DNA of 64,000 nucleotides from Thermomicrobiales bacterium (GCA_049841275.1 JASGDN010000061.1:4784-68783), one strand, 5' to 3'. Shown: positions 19,844-28,835, counted from the first letter of the stretch. Notes: generated by a model not told the origin, from the letters alone. Translations and numbers: made by a program.

Positions 19844-21304
19844 CTACGATGGAGTTCCTGTCCGTTTGCGGGCGGGGGCGATGGCCGGGAGGCTGCGCCA
19901 GCGCGTCTGCTTGTTCAGGATCGGGATGCGCTTGCCGCGTACAAGGCGTCCGCCGTGCGTCAGCGGACGCTGGGCGTGACGGCCGATCTTCAGCAGGAGC
20001 TTCATGACCTCCGGATGGCTGTAGACGCTCATGGCGACCGCCTTCTCCGGCTTGAGCCCCTTCTTCTCCACCACCATCTTGCGGACATCAAGGATCTGGC
20101 GCGGCAAGGGGATCTCCACCGGGCAGACCGTTTCGCAGGCGTTGCACGAGAGGCAGAGGCTCTGCGGACCGGCGACGGCGTCGATGCCGTGCAGGAAGGG
20201 CGTCACCACCAGCCCGATCGCGCCGGTGTAGATGTGCCCGAAGACGTGCCCTCCCACCTCGCGATACGGCGGGCAGACGTTCGCGCATGCGGCGCAGCGG
20301 ATGCAGTGCAGCGCCTCACGGAACTCCTCCTGCTCGCGCATCTTGCGCCGTCCGTTATCGACCAGCACAAGGTGCTGCTCGTGACCGGGCGATGGGCCAT
20401 GGATGAACGTGGTGTAGACCGTCAGCCGCTGTGCGGTCGCCGATCGGGCGAGGAGGCGGAGCTGCGTCATCGCGTCCTCGTAGGTGGGAACCAGCTTCTC
20501 GATGCCGGCGAGGATGACGTGGACCGGCGGGATGGACGACGTGAGGCGTCCATTGCCCTCGTTCGTCACCATCATCACGGTCCCGGCCTCGGCGATCAGG
20601 GCATTCGCGCCGGTGATGCCCATCCCCGCCTTGAAGAAGACATCGCGCAGGGCGTCCTTCGCGGCGTGGACCTGCTCGTCCACGCTCTCACGCGAGATCT
20701 CGCGCCCGAGCGTCTGCGTGAAGATGTCGCCGACCTGCTGCCGCGCAAGGTGGATCGCTGGCATCACCATGTGGCTGGGCCGCTCGCCGCGCAACTGGAC
20801 GATCCACTCGCCGAGGTCCGTTTCCACGACCTCGACACCGTCTTCCTCGAAGCGATGGTTGAGTTCGATCTCCTCGGAGACCATCGACTTCGACTTCGCG
20901 ACGAGCTTGACGTTCCGTTCCTCCGCCAGGCGAGTGATGATGGCGCAGGCGGCATCGGCGTCTTCGGCAAAGTGGACGGTGGTGCCGGCCTTCTCCATCT
21001 GCTTCACGAACTGATCGAGGTAGAACTCGATGTTGTCGATGGCGTCCGTCTTCGCGGCCTTCATCCGCTCGCGCAGCGCCTGGAACTCGACCTCGGCCAT
21101 CACGGCATCGCGTGATGCCCGCCAGCCGGTCTGGAAATTGGTCAGGTTGCGCGAGAGCTGGGCGTCGGAGACGGCTGCGTCGTAGCGATCCTCGAAGGCC
21201 ACCTCCGGATGACCGTGATCACCACCAGCCGACTCGGCGGCCGGGTGGATCGGGTCGTGCACATCGGGTGGACGGTGGCGGGGGTTCGAGGCCGGGAGTG
21301 CCAT
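19844..21304 (-). CDS. lutB: Lactate utilization protein B (4Fe-4S, LUD domain)
   Basis: Start at MALPASNP (21304). Ferredoxin motifs are CIRCAACANVCP and CLSCNACETVCP. The LUD-type body includes ..NALIAEAGTVMMVTNEGNGRL... Confidence 0.88.
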   Translation of the reverse strand: MALPASNPRHRPPDVHDPIHPAAESAGGDHGHPEVAFEDRYDAAVSDAQLSRNLTNFQTGWRASRDAVMAEVEFQALRERMKAAKTDAIDNIEFYLDQFVKQMEKAGTTVHFAEDADAACAIITRLAEERNVKLVAKSKSMVSEEIELNHRFEEDGVEVVETDLGEWIVQLRGERPSHMVMPAIHLARQQVGDIFTQTLGREISRESVDEQVHAAKDALRDVFFKAGMGITGANALIAEAGTVMMVTNEGNGRLTSSIPPVHVILAGIEKLVPTYEDAMTQLRLLARSATAQRLTVYTTFIHGPSPGHEQHLVLVDNGRRKMREQEEFREALHCIRCAACANVCPPYREVGGHVFGHIYTGAIGLVVTPFLHGIDAVAGPQSLCLSCNACETVCPVEIPLPRQILDVRKMVVEKKGLKPEKAVAMSVYSHPEVMKLLLKIGRHAQRPLTHGGRLVRGKRIPILNKQTRWRSLPAIAPARKRTGTPS

Positions 21305-21314
21305 GCGATATTCC

Positions 21315-21905
21315 TCAGCGGATGTCGGATGTGAAGAGGACGTGGAAAACACCGGGACCCTGGACGCCAACCGCCAGGGTGCGTTCGATGTCGGCGGTGC
21401 GGCTGGGCCCGGTCACGAACGTTGCGTAGGACGCGCTGTTCGCCGAGACCTCGCGCAGGATCGGGGCCGCCTCCATCAGGGAAGGCACGAGCGCCGCCGG
21501 ATCGGCGAGCACGATGAGGGTGTCGGTCATCAAGGTGACGGAGCGCCCTTCGACGGTCGGCTCCACGAGCAGCGACGAGCCGGTCTCGGCGATGGTGGCG
21601 CGGGCGATGGTCAGCCCGAGCGGCTGGTCGCGGACCTCGGCGGGTCCCGTGGAGACACGTGGCTCCAGCCCGAGCTCCCGCAACGCATCCAGCAGGGTCG
21701 GGGCGAGGTCGGTCGTCTCTTGCGCGATCCAGATCACCGTGTTCCCGGCGGGATTCCGCTCCGCGATTGCCTGCGCCAACGCCTCTGTACCGCCAAGGAC
21801 CACCGCCGCCACGCCGCCGGCGGTCGCCAGGCGTTCGGTGAAGAGCGCAATGCGCTCCGGTTGGGAGAGGGCGGTGAATGGATCGACGGAGGCGGGAGAG
21901 CTCAT
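21315..21905 (-). CDS. lutC: Lactate utilization protein C (LUD domain)
   Basis: Start at MSSPASV (21905). 196 aa, with ..ARATIAETGSSLLV..TLIVLADPAALVPSL..GPSRTADIE.., typical of LutC/YkgG. Confidence 0.8.
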   Translation of the reverse strand: MSSPASVDPFTALSQPERIALFTERLATAGGVAAVVLGGTEALAQAIAERNPAGNTVIWIAQETTDLAPTLLDALRELGLEPRVSTGPAEVRDQPLGLTIARATIAETGSSLLVEPTVEGRSVTLMTDTLIVLADPAALVPSLMEAAPILREVSANSASYATFVTGPSRTADIERTLAVGVQGPGVFHVLFTSDIR

Positions 21906-22306
21906 CGAGCGGGGCGATCCTTGGGATGATGGGCGTCTTGCGACAGAGACTCGTTCGCGGGCGTCGCGTTGCCGGGCATCGTACCGCAGATGTTCGAAGG
22001 TAGCATCATCAGCGGACCGGGCAGTGCTGAACATAACGCCCAACCTGGTGTGGGGATGTTCGCCGAAACGCCACCATCCCGTGTCATTCTGGGCCCTTCG
22101 GCTTCGCTCAGGATAATCTCGCGATGAGTCGCTTCCGCTTGGTTGCTCTGCAACCGCCTATGAAACACCCGCCGCGCGCAGCGAAGAGAGAGCGCTTCCG
22201 GCGGAGCCGGAAATCGATGTTGGCATGGAAGGCACTGCATCCGACGCGCTGATTGGGGTGCAGCTCCGCGAAAACGTGCCCTCCAGATATCGACCTTCGG
22301 TCGATT

Positions 22307-22348
22307 GTGCTTCGCACGGGGGTCCCTCGCTGCGCTCAGGAAGACATG
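22307..22348 (+). repeat. 42-nt intergenic repeat, copy B
   Basis: GTGCTTCGCACGGGGGTCCCTCGCTGCGCTCAGGAAGACATG. The same spacer also holds a degenerate copy at ~22094-22118 (GCTCAGGA core) and an inverted 12-nt core GCGCAGCGAAGA at 22176-22187. Confidence 0.7.
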
Positions 22349-22423
22349 CTTGGTATGTCTACGGAAGAGGTTCTCTATGTGACGATGGCTGCTCCCATCA
22401 TCAAGGCGGCCAGCCGATCACTG

Positions 22424-24022
22424 CTATAGCGTCGCGCCGATGATCCAGGGGTTGAACTCTTCTTCCCCGACACCGGCTGCCTCGCTCTTGCTGGCCTTGC
22501 CGGAGGCGACGGCGATGATCTCCTCGAAGATCTCCAGGCCCATCTCGTCCAGGCTTGTGCCTTCGAGCATCTTGCCGCAGTTGATGTCCATGTCCGGCTC
22601 CTGCCGGGCGTAGAGCTCGCTGTTCGTCGCCAGCTTGATGCTCGGGGCCGGCTTGAACCCGAAGGCCGAGCCGCGTCCGGTCGTGAAGGCGATGATGTTG
22701 CACCCGCCAGCGACCTGTCCGGTGGCGGAGACGGGATCGTAGCCGGGGGTATCCATATGGAGCAACCCCTTCTCCTCGATCCGGTCCGCGTAGCCGAGCA
22801 CGTCCATCAGCGGTACCGTGCCCGCCTTCGCGACCGCGCCGAGCGACTTCTCGTAGATCGTGGTGAGGCCGCCGAGCTTGTTACCGGGAGACGGGTTGTT
22901 GTCGATGCTCGCGCCGAACATCGATGTGTAGTCCTCCCACCAGTGGATCTTGTCGACCATCTTTTGGCCGACCTCCGGCGTTACCGCGCGCCGCGTGAGC
23001 AGGTGCTCGCCGCCGTAGGCCTCGCTCGTCTCGCCGAGGACGGCAGTACCGCCGTGGCGGACCAGCTCATCTACCGCGCGCCCGAGCGCCGGATTGGCGG
23101 TCACGCCCGACCAGCCGTCCGAGCCGCCGCACTGGAGCGCGAGCACGAGTTCCGAGACGGGGACCTCCTCGCGGGTGGCCTTGTTGGCCTCCGGCAGGAG
23201 CTGCTTCACCGCTTCGATCCCGCGTTCGACCGTTTGCAGGAAGCCGCCGTCCTGCTGGATCGTCAGCACCAGCGGTTGCTCGCCATCGTGGTCGAGGCCG
23301 GTGTTCGCGATCATGTCGTCAGGCTGGTTCGTCTCGCACCCGAGCGACATGATGATGTAGGCGCCGACATTCGGGTGATCGACGATGCCGGACATCGTCC
23401 GCTGGAGCAGCCCGAGGTACTCCGAGCCGTAGTGCGCGCCGCAGCCGCCCTTGGTGGCGAAGGCGATCACGCCGTCCACGTTCGGGTACTGGTCCATGAT
23501 CGGGTTGTCCTTGAACCAGTCCGCCACGCGGCGGACGGCTGAGGAGGAGCAGTTGACCGAGGCCAGCAGCGCGACGTAGTTGCGCGTGCCGACGCGGCCG
23601 TCCTTGCGCCGGTAGCCCATGAAGGTGCGGCGCTGGTCCTCCGGCACATAGTCGACCGGCTCGTAGTCCGCGCAGAAGGCATAGTCAAGCTTCAGTTCGC
23701 CCTGGTGGACGACGGTGTTGTGCGTGTGGATGTGCTGGCCTGGCGCGATCGGCTGGGAGGCAAAGCCAATGATCTGCCCGTAACGGCGGATCGGCTCGCC
23801 CTCCGGGATCTCGCGGATTGCCAGCTTGTGTCCCGGTGGGATCATCTGCTGGACGTTCACCTCGGTGCCGTCCCCGAGGTCGATGGTCGTGCGTGGCATC
23901 AACGGTTGCTTGGCGATGATGAGGTTGTCGGCGGCGTTGAGCCGGATCGCGACATCCGAGAGGGAAACCTTGCCGCGTGTCGCGTGGCCGAGCATAGATG
24001 TGTTGGATGCGGGCATGACCAT
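22424..24022 (-). CDS. UxaA/GarD family sugar-acid dehydratase (altronate/galactarate dehydratase-like) with N-terminal SAF domain
   Basis: 532 aa. The SAF-like N-terminus is ..DNLIIAKQPLMPRTTIDLGDGTEVNVQQMIPPGHKLAIREI... The body is ..GCGAHYGSE..MSLGCE..LQCGGSDGWSGVTANPALG..GGCNIIAFTTGRGSAFG. Confidence 0.87.
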   Translation of the reverse strand: MVMPASNTSMLGHATRGKVSLSDVAIRLNAADNLIIAKQPLMPRTTIDLGDGTEVNVQQMIPPGHKLAIREIPEGEPIRRYGQIIGFASQPIAPGQHIHTHNTVVHQGELKLDYAFCADYEPVDYVPEDQRRTFMGYRRKDGRVGTRNYVALLASVNCSSSAVRRVADWFKDNPIMDQYPNVDGVIAFATKGGCGAHYGSEYLGLLQRTMSGIVDHPNVGAYIIMSLGCETNQPDDMIANTGLDHDGEQPLVLTIQQDGGFLQTVERGIEAVKQLLPEANKATREEVPVSELVLALQCGGSDGWSGVTANPALGRAVDELVRHGGTAVLGETSEAYGGEHLLTRRAVTPEVGQKMVDKIHWWEDYTSMFGASIDNNPSPGNKLGGLTTIYEKSLGAVAKAGTVPLMDVLGYADRIEEKGLLHMDTPGYDPVSATGQVAGGCNIIAFTTGRGSAFGFKPAPSIKLATNSELYARQEPDMDINCGKMLEGTSLDEMGLEIFEEIIAVASGKASKSEAAGVGEEEFNPWIIGATL

Positions 24023-24094
24023 GATTCAGTTCCTTTGCGAGGTGTGGGGACCGAGGAGAGGACGGAGAACCGAGAATCTGGAGACTATGTCCTC

Positions 24095-24108
24095 GGTCCT
24101 CACTCCTC
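24095..24108 (-). repeat. Purine-rich motif GAGGAGTGAGGACC (inverted copy)
   Basis: The plus strand reads GGTCCTCACTCCTC, an exact reverse complement of 4939-4952. It lies in the 92-bp SDR/dehydratase spacer, which also carries a 10-bp inverted repeat, GGACCGAGGA (24048-24057) / TCCTCGGTCC (24090-24099). Confidence 0.6.
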
Positions 24109-24114
24109 AGTCCT

Positions 24115-24891
24115 TTATCGGGCGGTCCAGCCGCCGTCGATCACCATCTGCGAGCCGGTGACGTAGGTGGCCTCGTCGGAGGCGAGGTAGAGCGCGAGCG
24201 GCGCGATCTCCTCCGGGCGGCCCATGCGCCCGATCGGCTGCCGGGCGTGGAGTTGCTTGCGCGTCTCCTCTTCCTCCCCGGCGTGATAGCGGGCGAGGTA
24301 GGCATCGACGAATGGTGTCTCCACCGTGCCGGGGCAGATGCAGTTGCAGCGCACGCCGCGATCCACGTAGTCCATCGCGATCGACTGCGTCATCGAGATC
24401 ACGGCGCCCTTGGTAGTGCCGTAGGCAAAGCGGCGTGGCACGGCGACCTGTCCGGCGACGGACGCGAGATTGACGATGATGCCGCCTTGCGGGTCCTGCG
24501 CGATGAACTGGTTCACCGCCGCCTGCGAGCAGTAGAAGACGCCGTTGACATTGACGGCGATCAGCCTGTCGAACCCGGCAGCATCGGTCTCGGTCAGCGA
24601 ACCGACCATGCCGATGCCCGCGTTGTTGACAAGGACGTCGAGCTTGCCGGTCTTCGCGACGACGGCCGCGACCGCGGCATTCGCCGATTCGAGGCTGGTA
24701 ACATCGAGGTGGAGGGCAAAGGCCTGTCCGCCGGCGGCGGTGATCTCGTCGGCGACAGCCTGCCCGGCCTCGTCGTTGACGTCGCCGATGGCGACAGTTG
24801 CGCCCTGCTTGCCATAGAGCAGCGCGATCTGGCGGCCGATACCGGAACCTGCGCCGGTGATGAGTGCGGTCTTTCCATCGAGTCTGAACAC
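24115..24891 (-). CDS. SDR family oxidoreductase
   Basis: The GTG start at 24891 gives (M)FRLDGKTALITGAGSGIGRQIA, a classic spacing before TGxxxGxG. Also has NNAG and the catalytic YGTTKGAV. The ORF to 25047 is read-through. Confidence 0.87.
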   Translation of the reverse strand: MFRLDGKTALITGAGSGIGRQIALLYGKQGATVAIGDVNDEAGQAVADEITAAGGQAFALHLDVTSLESANAAVAAVVAKTGKLDVLVNNAGIGMVGSLTETDAAGFDRLIAVNVNGVFYCSQAAVNQFIAQDPQGGIIVNLASVAGQVAVPRRFAYGTTKGAVISMTQSIAMDYVDRGVRCNCICPGTVETPFVDAYLARYHAGEEEETRKQLHARQPIGRMGRPEEIAPLALYLASDEATYVTGSQMVIDGGWTAR

Positions 24892-25009
24892 GTCCGGATC
24901 ATCCCTTCGCAATGGAAGTGCGCCCACGCGGACGCACATCATGACATACGGTCCGGTCTGGTCAAACGGGACTCGTCTGCGGGATCGGACACGGTTCACT
25001 GGTGAGGGT

Positions 25010-25021
25010 ATTGTATACAAT
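25010..25021. promoter_or_regulatory. Candidate FCD-GntR operator ATTGTATACAAT
   Basis: Perfect 12-bp palindrome ~120 bp upstream of the SDR start. The identical 12-mer recurs at 30453-30464 next to the FCD-type GntR gene. Confidence 0.5.
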
Positions 25022-25313
25022 CCCCGGAAAATGGGAACAGGTTTCATCTACAGATCTCGTTCGGCGTTCGGCCTCGCTTGGTACGCGCTGGCGCCGGGGG
25101 CGTCGCGGGGGAGCATACGCGCGGTCCGTCTCTGACTGCTCGAAACATGGGGTGGGGTTCACGAGTCATGTGGGTATTCTTGTAGGATGATGAAGGGCGG
25201 ATGAACGAAAGTTTGATTTTTTTCTGCGATTCATGATAGGGTGCCAGTGAAGCTTCACAAACGAATGGTGGTTGCGCACGAGTACGTCGATCCCGACGTG
25301 AGAGGAAACCACA

Positions 25314-25733
25314 ATGGCCAGCCGGAAGCGCTTCGCGTCATTGATGCTTGCTCTTATGCTCCTCATGAGCGCCGTCAGTTTGGTGCATGCTGAGGACGCC
25401 CGTTACTCGAGGATGTATGACGTGTTGCCCGGGTTCAACTTTCGAAACTTCTACGACAACAATTGGGATAGCGTCTCTACCTGGAGCTATCTCGGAGGTT
25501 GTGGTGGAGCAAACCCCAATTACTGGGTATACCCCATTTCGCTCTCGCTCTGGCGGGTATATGACTGGGGCCAACCGGATGTGAATGTGAGCGGGGTCTC
25601 CCATTCGGGGCAATACCAGTACAGGTACTACGGCCAGTTCTCGGCTGGAACGTATCACATCACCCTGGCTTGGTATCAGAATGCCGGAACATGGAACAAG
25701 CTCAGCTGCGACACGGTGAACTATGGCTGGTGA
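25314..25733 (+). CDS. Secreted Trp/Tyr-rich hypothetical protein (139 aa precursor)
   Basis: The Sec signal is MASRKRFASLMLALMLLMSAVSLVHA, with cleavage predicted after VHA. The mature ~113 aa are rich in W/Y/N/G, with 2 Cys. Preceded by an AT-rich spacer and GAGAGGAAA. Visibly lower GC than the flanking genes. Confidence 0.7.
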   Translation: MASRKRFASLMLALMLLMSAVSLVHAEDARYSRMYDVLPGFNFRNFYDNNWDSVSTWSYLGGCGGANPNYWVYPISLSLWRVYDWGQPDVNVSGVSHSGQYQYRYYGQFSAGTYHITLAWYQNAGTWNKLSCDTVNYGW

Positions 25734-26622
25734 TGCGCAGATCGCTGCAGCTTTGGAACTGCGCGATTTGCGTCATCGGTATCGCCGTGCGGCGGACGAC
25801 GTGCTCTCGATCTCGTATGTTTTCACGCCAGGACGCACGATCCTGCTTGGACCAAACGGAGCGGGGAAGTCGACCTTGCTTCAGCTATGTGCAAACTGGA
25901 TTCGCCTTCAGCACGGAGCAATTTGGCTCCGTGCTGAAGGTCAGGCGATCCCGTCGACTACCCGAGCCTATAGGGCTTGTGTTGGGTTCATGCCACAGCA
26001 CCCGGCGTTCATTCGCGGGATGTCTGCGCGCGACCAGTTGGTGTATTCCGGCTGGTTCGCGGGATTGTCGGAGGCCGATGCCCATAGGCAAGCATCCGTG
26101 TGGCTGGAGCGGACGAACCTCTCGCGTGACGCGGGCAAGCGCTGTTCCGAGCTGAGTGGTGGAATGCAGCGGAGGCTCGCCTTCGCTGCTGCCGCCATCG
26201 CCGAGCCTCCAGTGCTCTTGTTGGATGAGCCGACGGTCGGGCTGGATCCACACGAGCGCAGCACCTTTCGTGAGATTCTGATGGACTATGATGACAATGC
26301 GATTGTGTTGATCTCCACCCATCAGATCGATGATCTCGACATGCTCGCCGATGAGATCGCCGTTCTTTCGGAGGGGGAGCTGGTGTTTGGCGGGCTGACG
26401 GACGTGTTCCTCCGGCTCGCCGATGCTGGTCTTCCGACGCTCGCTCGGAGGCGGCTTACGCAGCGGCGGTGCGGAAGGGGCGTGCGGTGTGAGCGCCATT
26501 CTCGGGCGTATGAATGCGGGATGGTACGCATTCATATTCTGTTTTCCCCTGACGCTTCTTCTCCAGAACAACGTCCAAGCACGGTTGACCTATCGGGAGG
26601 GGCAGACCTCTCTCTTGAGTGA
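25723..26622 (+). CDS. ABC transporter ATP-binding protein (ABC-2/exporter type)
   Basis: Has Walker A GPNGAGKST, signature LSGGMQRRL, Walker B LLLDEPT and H-loop ISTHQ. The start overlaps the upstream stop by 11 nt. The 3' end is doubtful: the conserved ..TDVFLRLAD ends near 26425 and the remaining ~65 codons look non-native. Confidence 0.85.
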   Translation: MAGDAQIAAALELRDLRHRYRRAADDVLSISYVFTPGRTILLGPNGAGKSTLLQLCANWIRLQHGAIWLRAEGQAIPSTTRAYRACVGFMPQHPAFIRGMSARDQLVYSGWFAGLSEADAHRQASVWLERTNLSRDAGKRCSELSGGMQRRLAFAAAAIAEPPVLLLDEPTVGLDPHERSTFREILMDYDDNAIVLISTHQIDDLDMLADEIAVLSEGELVFGGLTDVFLRLADAGLPTLARRRLTQRRCGRGVRCERHSRAYECGMVRIHILFSPDASSPEQRPSTVDLSGGADLSLE

Positions 26623-27739
26623 AAGCGTGTTTCCGACGCTGATGGTCATCGCCATGGTCGGTGCTTGGGAAGGTGGACGGCTGGCTGGCGGGCCTGTTTC
26701 GATGCGGAGCGCTGCTCGAATGCCGCTCGCCGTGATAGGGCTTTCGACGGTGCCCGGCGTGATCTCCGGTGTGGCCGGACATCTTGTTGCGACGATGATC
26801 TCGTTGTCACATGCGGGCATTGTTCCCCCGCTCCCGTCTCCTCTTCTCTATCTCGGATTTGTTCTGGTGGCTTGGGGTGTGGCGACCGTATCCTGGTTGG
26901 TTGGCTACGCGCTCGACACGGTGATCAGCCTTCCACTCATGGCGGGGGCCGTGTATCTCGGCATGATCTGGCCGCTGCTCACTGGGGATATAGCCTTTCG
27001 TTCGCTGCTTGCTGAGCACTCATCCTGCTGCAGCATCTCGCAGCAAGTGGATTGGAGAGGGGTGCTTGCACCCATCCTGTTTGGCATCGGACTAGCAGTG
27101 TGCGGCTCGGCTATTGCTGTGTGGACGTGGCGACCTCACCGCTGGTCTGGCCTTGTGGCTGCCTTCGCCGTGCTCGTGCTTGGAGTTGGACTGGTCCTGC
27201 CGACGTTCATCGCCAATCGCGACCAGGTGCAGGCACGAGATGCGCGTGCGCTGGTGTGTCGTCAGTCGGCTTCCTCCGTGCGGACGTACTGTGTATGGCC
27301 GGAGCAGAGCGGTGACCTCGATGCCTTTATTCGCGAAGGCGATACCACGCTTGATGCTTGGGCAAGGCTTGGCCTCCCGTTCGCACCAGCGACCGTCACC
27401 ACTGCGATGTCGACGGGTGGTGTTCCGGACGCTGTCTCTGTTTCCTTCGGCCCTGATCCGACTCAAGGGCATATCGCGCTTGCACTCGCAACAGCGTTGT
27501 TGCCGGAACCATACACGTGTCAGGGTAATGTGGCGGGGTCGTACGTCTCGCTGATGCTCTGGATGGCATTGGCTGGAGGGGCGTCGTCGGACGATCGTGC
27601 GCTTGCGCAGTTCACGATGCCGGGGAATCCGAGTGGCGGACCGCTTGTCACGGCTCAGGATCGTTTGGCCCAGTCGGCCGATGCTCAAGGGGCGTGGTTT
27701 GCGCAGGAATATGCGCAGATGCTGGCGGGATGTGCATGA
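26489..27739 (+). CDS. Hypothetical polytopic membrane protein (~7 TM) with ~190-aa Cys-containing C-terminal domain
   Basis: GTG 26489 (alternatively ATG 26510, MNAGWYAFIFCF). Hydrophobic helices run through ..LVLPTFIANRD. A soluble tail follows, ..VCRQSASSVRTYCVWPEQSGDLDAFIREGD.... I recognise no family. Confidence 0.65.
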   Translation: MSAILGRMNAGWYAFIFCFPLTLLLQNNVQARLTYREGQTSLLSESVFPTLMVIAMVGAWEGGRLAGGPVSMRSAARMPLAVIGLSTVPGVISGVAGHLVATMISLSHAGIVPPLPSPLLYLGFVLVAWGVATVSWLVGYALDTVISLPLMAGAVYLGMIWPLLTGDIAFRSLLAEHSSCCSISQQVDWRGVLAPILFGIGLAVCGSAIAVWTWRPHRWSGLVAAFAVLVLGVGLVLPTFIANRDQVQARDARALVCRQSASSVRTYCVWPEQSGDLDAFIREGDTTLDAWARLGLPFAPATVTTAMSTGGVPDAVSVSFGPDPTQGHIALALATALLPEPYTCQGNVAGSYVSLMLWMALAGGASSDDRALAQFTMPGNPSGGPLVTAQDRLAQSADAQGAWFAQEYAQMLAGCA

Positions 27740-28347
27740 GGTGTCGTTTGCCGGCGATCTGGCTTCGCGCCCGTCATGCCCGTGATTTTGCGCTGGCATT
27801 CGGAGTCACAGCGTTGATCGGTGCATTCTTGTCGGATCGTCGTGTGCCGCTACCATTCTCGTTGGCGTCGGGCATTTCGCTCGATGCTCCGGTGCGTGCC
27901 TTTGCACCGATCATCACGGTTGCACTGGCCGGCTTTCTGTTGATCTTTCAACAGTATGCTGGCGAACGTGCCAGCACCCGCTTTGTGGCATCGTTGGACG
28001 CAACTCTGCTACTCGGATATTCAGGCATCTTGCTGCTTCCCGCCATACTATGGAGCCTTACTGGAGGAGGACCGTCTGTCCTGGCCATGGCGCGCAACTA
28101 TGTCTTCGCGATGTGGATCGTGCTGATTGGCTCCCATATCATCGGGACACGGCTGAGCGTGGCAGCTGTGACGCTTGGCATCATCATGACACCGCCATTG
28201 TTGCCAATGCGCTTTCGTGACAATCCGCCACCGTTCGTGGTGACAATGGCGCGGGAAGGATCAACCGGTGCTTGGGTTCTGGTTGTCGTCATCGTCGTGA
28301 TCGGGACGACGTTGATTACTCGACGGGGACTACCGCCGCCGCCATGA
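27736..28347 (+). CDS. Hypothetical polytopic membrane protein (~6 TM, 203 aa)
   Basis: The ATG overlaps the upstream stop (ATGA 27736-27739). It is hydrophobic throughout (..ITVALAGFLLIF..LLLGYSGILLLPAILW..WVLVVVIVVIGTTLI) and shows no similarity to the preceding membrane protein. Confidence 0.65.
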   Translation: MRCRLPAIWLRARHARDFALAFGVTALIGAFLSDRRVPLPFSLASGISLDAPVRAFAPIITVALAGFLLIFQQYAGERASTRFVASLDATLLLGYSGILLLPAILWSLTGGGPSVLAMARNYVFAMWIVLIGSHIIGTRLSVAAVTLGIIMTPPLLPMRFRDNPPPFVVTMAREGSTGAWVLVVVIVVIGTTLITRRGLPPPP

Positions 28348-28415
28348 GGTCTTTCGTGGGTGGCGCCAGAGCCTCTGAGAACTCGACGTTCCCTTGACGA
28401 AATTGGAGTAGCTGA

Positions 28416-28793
28416 ATGGTGGGCGAGGATACGGTGCGTTCCATCGCGTTGGCGCTGCCGGGTACGATCGAAGATGATCTAAGGTTCACGGTCGGGGGGC
28501 GAGATTTCGCCTGGCAGTATCCCGAACGCGTCCATCCGAAAAAACCGCGCGTACCCCGGCGCGACATCCTCGTGGTTCTCACTGCCAGCCTGGACGACAA
28601 GGAAGCGCTTCTGGCTGGCGAGCCGGAGATTTGCTTCACGACTGACCACTACAACGGGTACCCGGCGGTGCTGGTGCGCCTCGAGGCGATCGACGAGGCG
28701 CGCCTTGCGGAACTTCTCGCCGAGGCGCACGCGGCGGCCATCGCCAAAGGGCCGCCGAAGGCCCGTAGACCCTCGGCCCCGCGACCCACGTGA
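28416..28793 (+). CDS. MmcQ/YjbR-like protein
   Basis: 125 aa. VRSIALALPGTIEDDLRFTVGGRDFAW..ICFTTDHYNGYPAVLVRL resembles the YjbR fold family pattern. Assignment by eye only. Confidence 0.55.
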   Translation: MVGEDTVRSIALALPGTIEDDLRFTVGGRDFAWQYPERVHPKKPRVPRRDILVVLTASLDDKEALLAGEPEICFTTDHYNGYPAVLVRLEAIDEARLAELLAEAHAAAIAKGPPKARRPSAPRPT

Positions 28794-28835
28794 CAGCGTG
28801 GCGAACCGAACGCTCAGCCGCGGCCGTCAGCTGCC

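Noticed and set aside
19817-21115. 432-aa plus-strand ORF
   Set aside because: It is antisense to lutB, whose ferredoxin CxxCxxCxxxCP motifs fix the real frame.
18789-22348. Whether the intergenic repeats represent a CRISPR array
   Set aside because: There are only two full copies, 3.5 kb apart, with protein-coding genes between them. There is no regular repeat-spacer periodicity and no cas genes.
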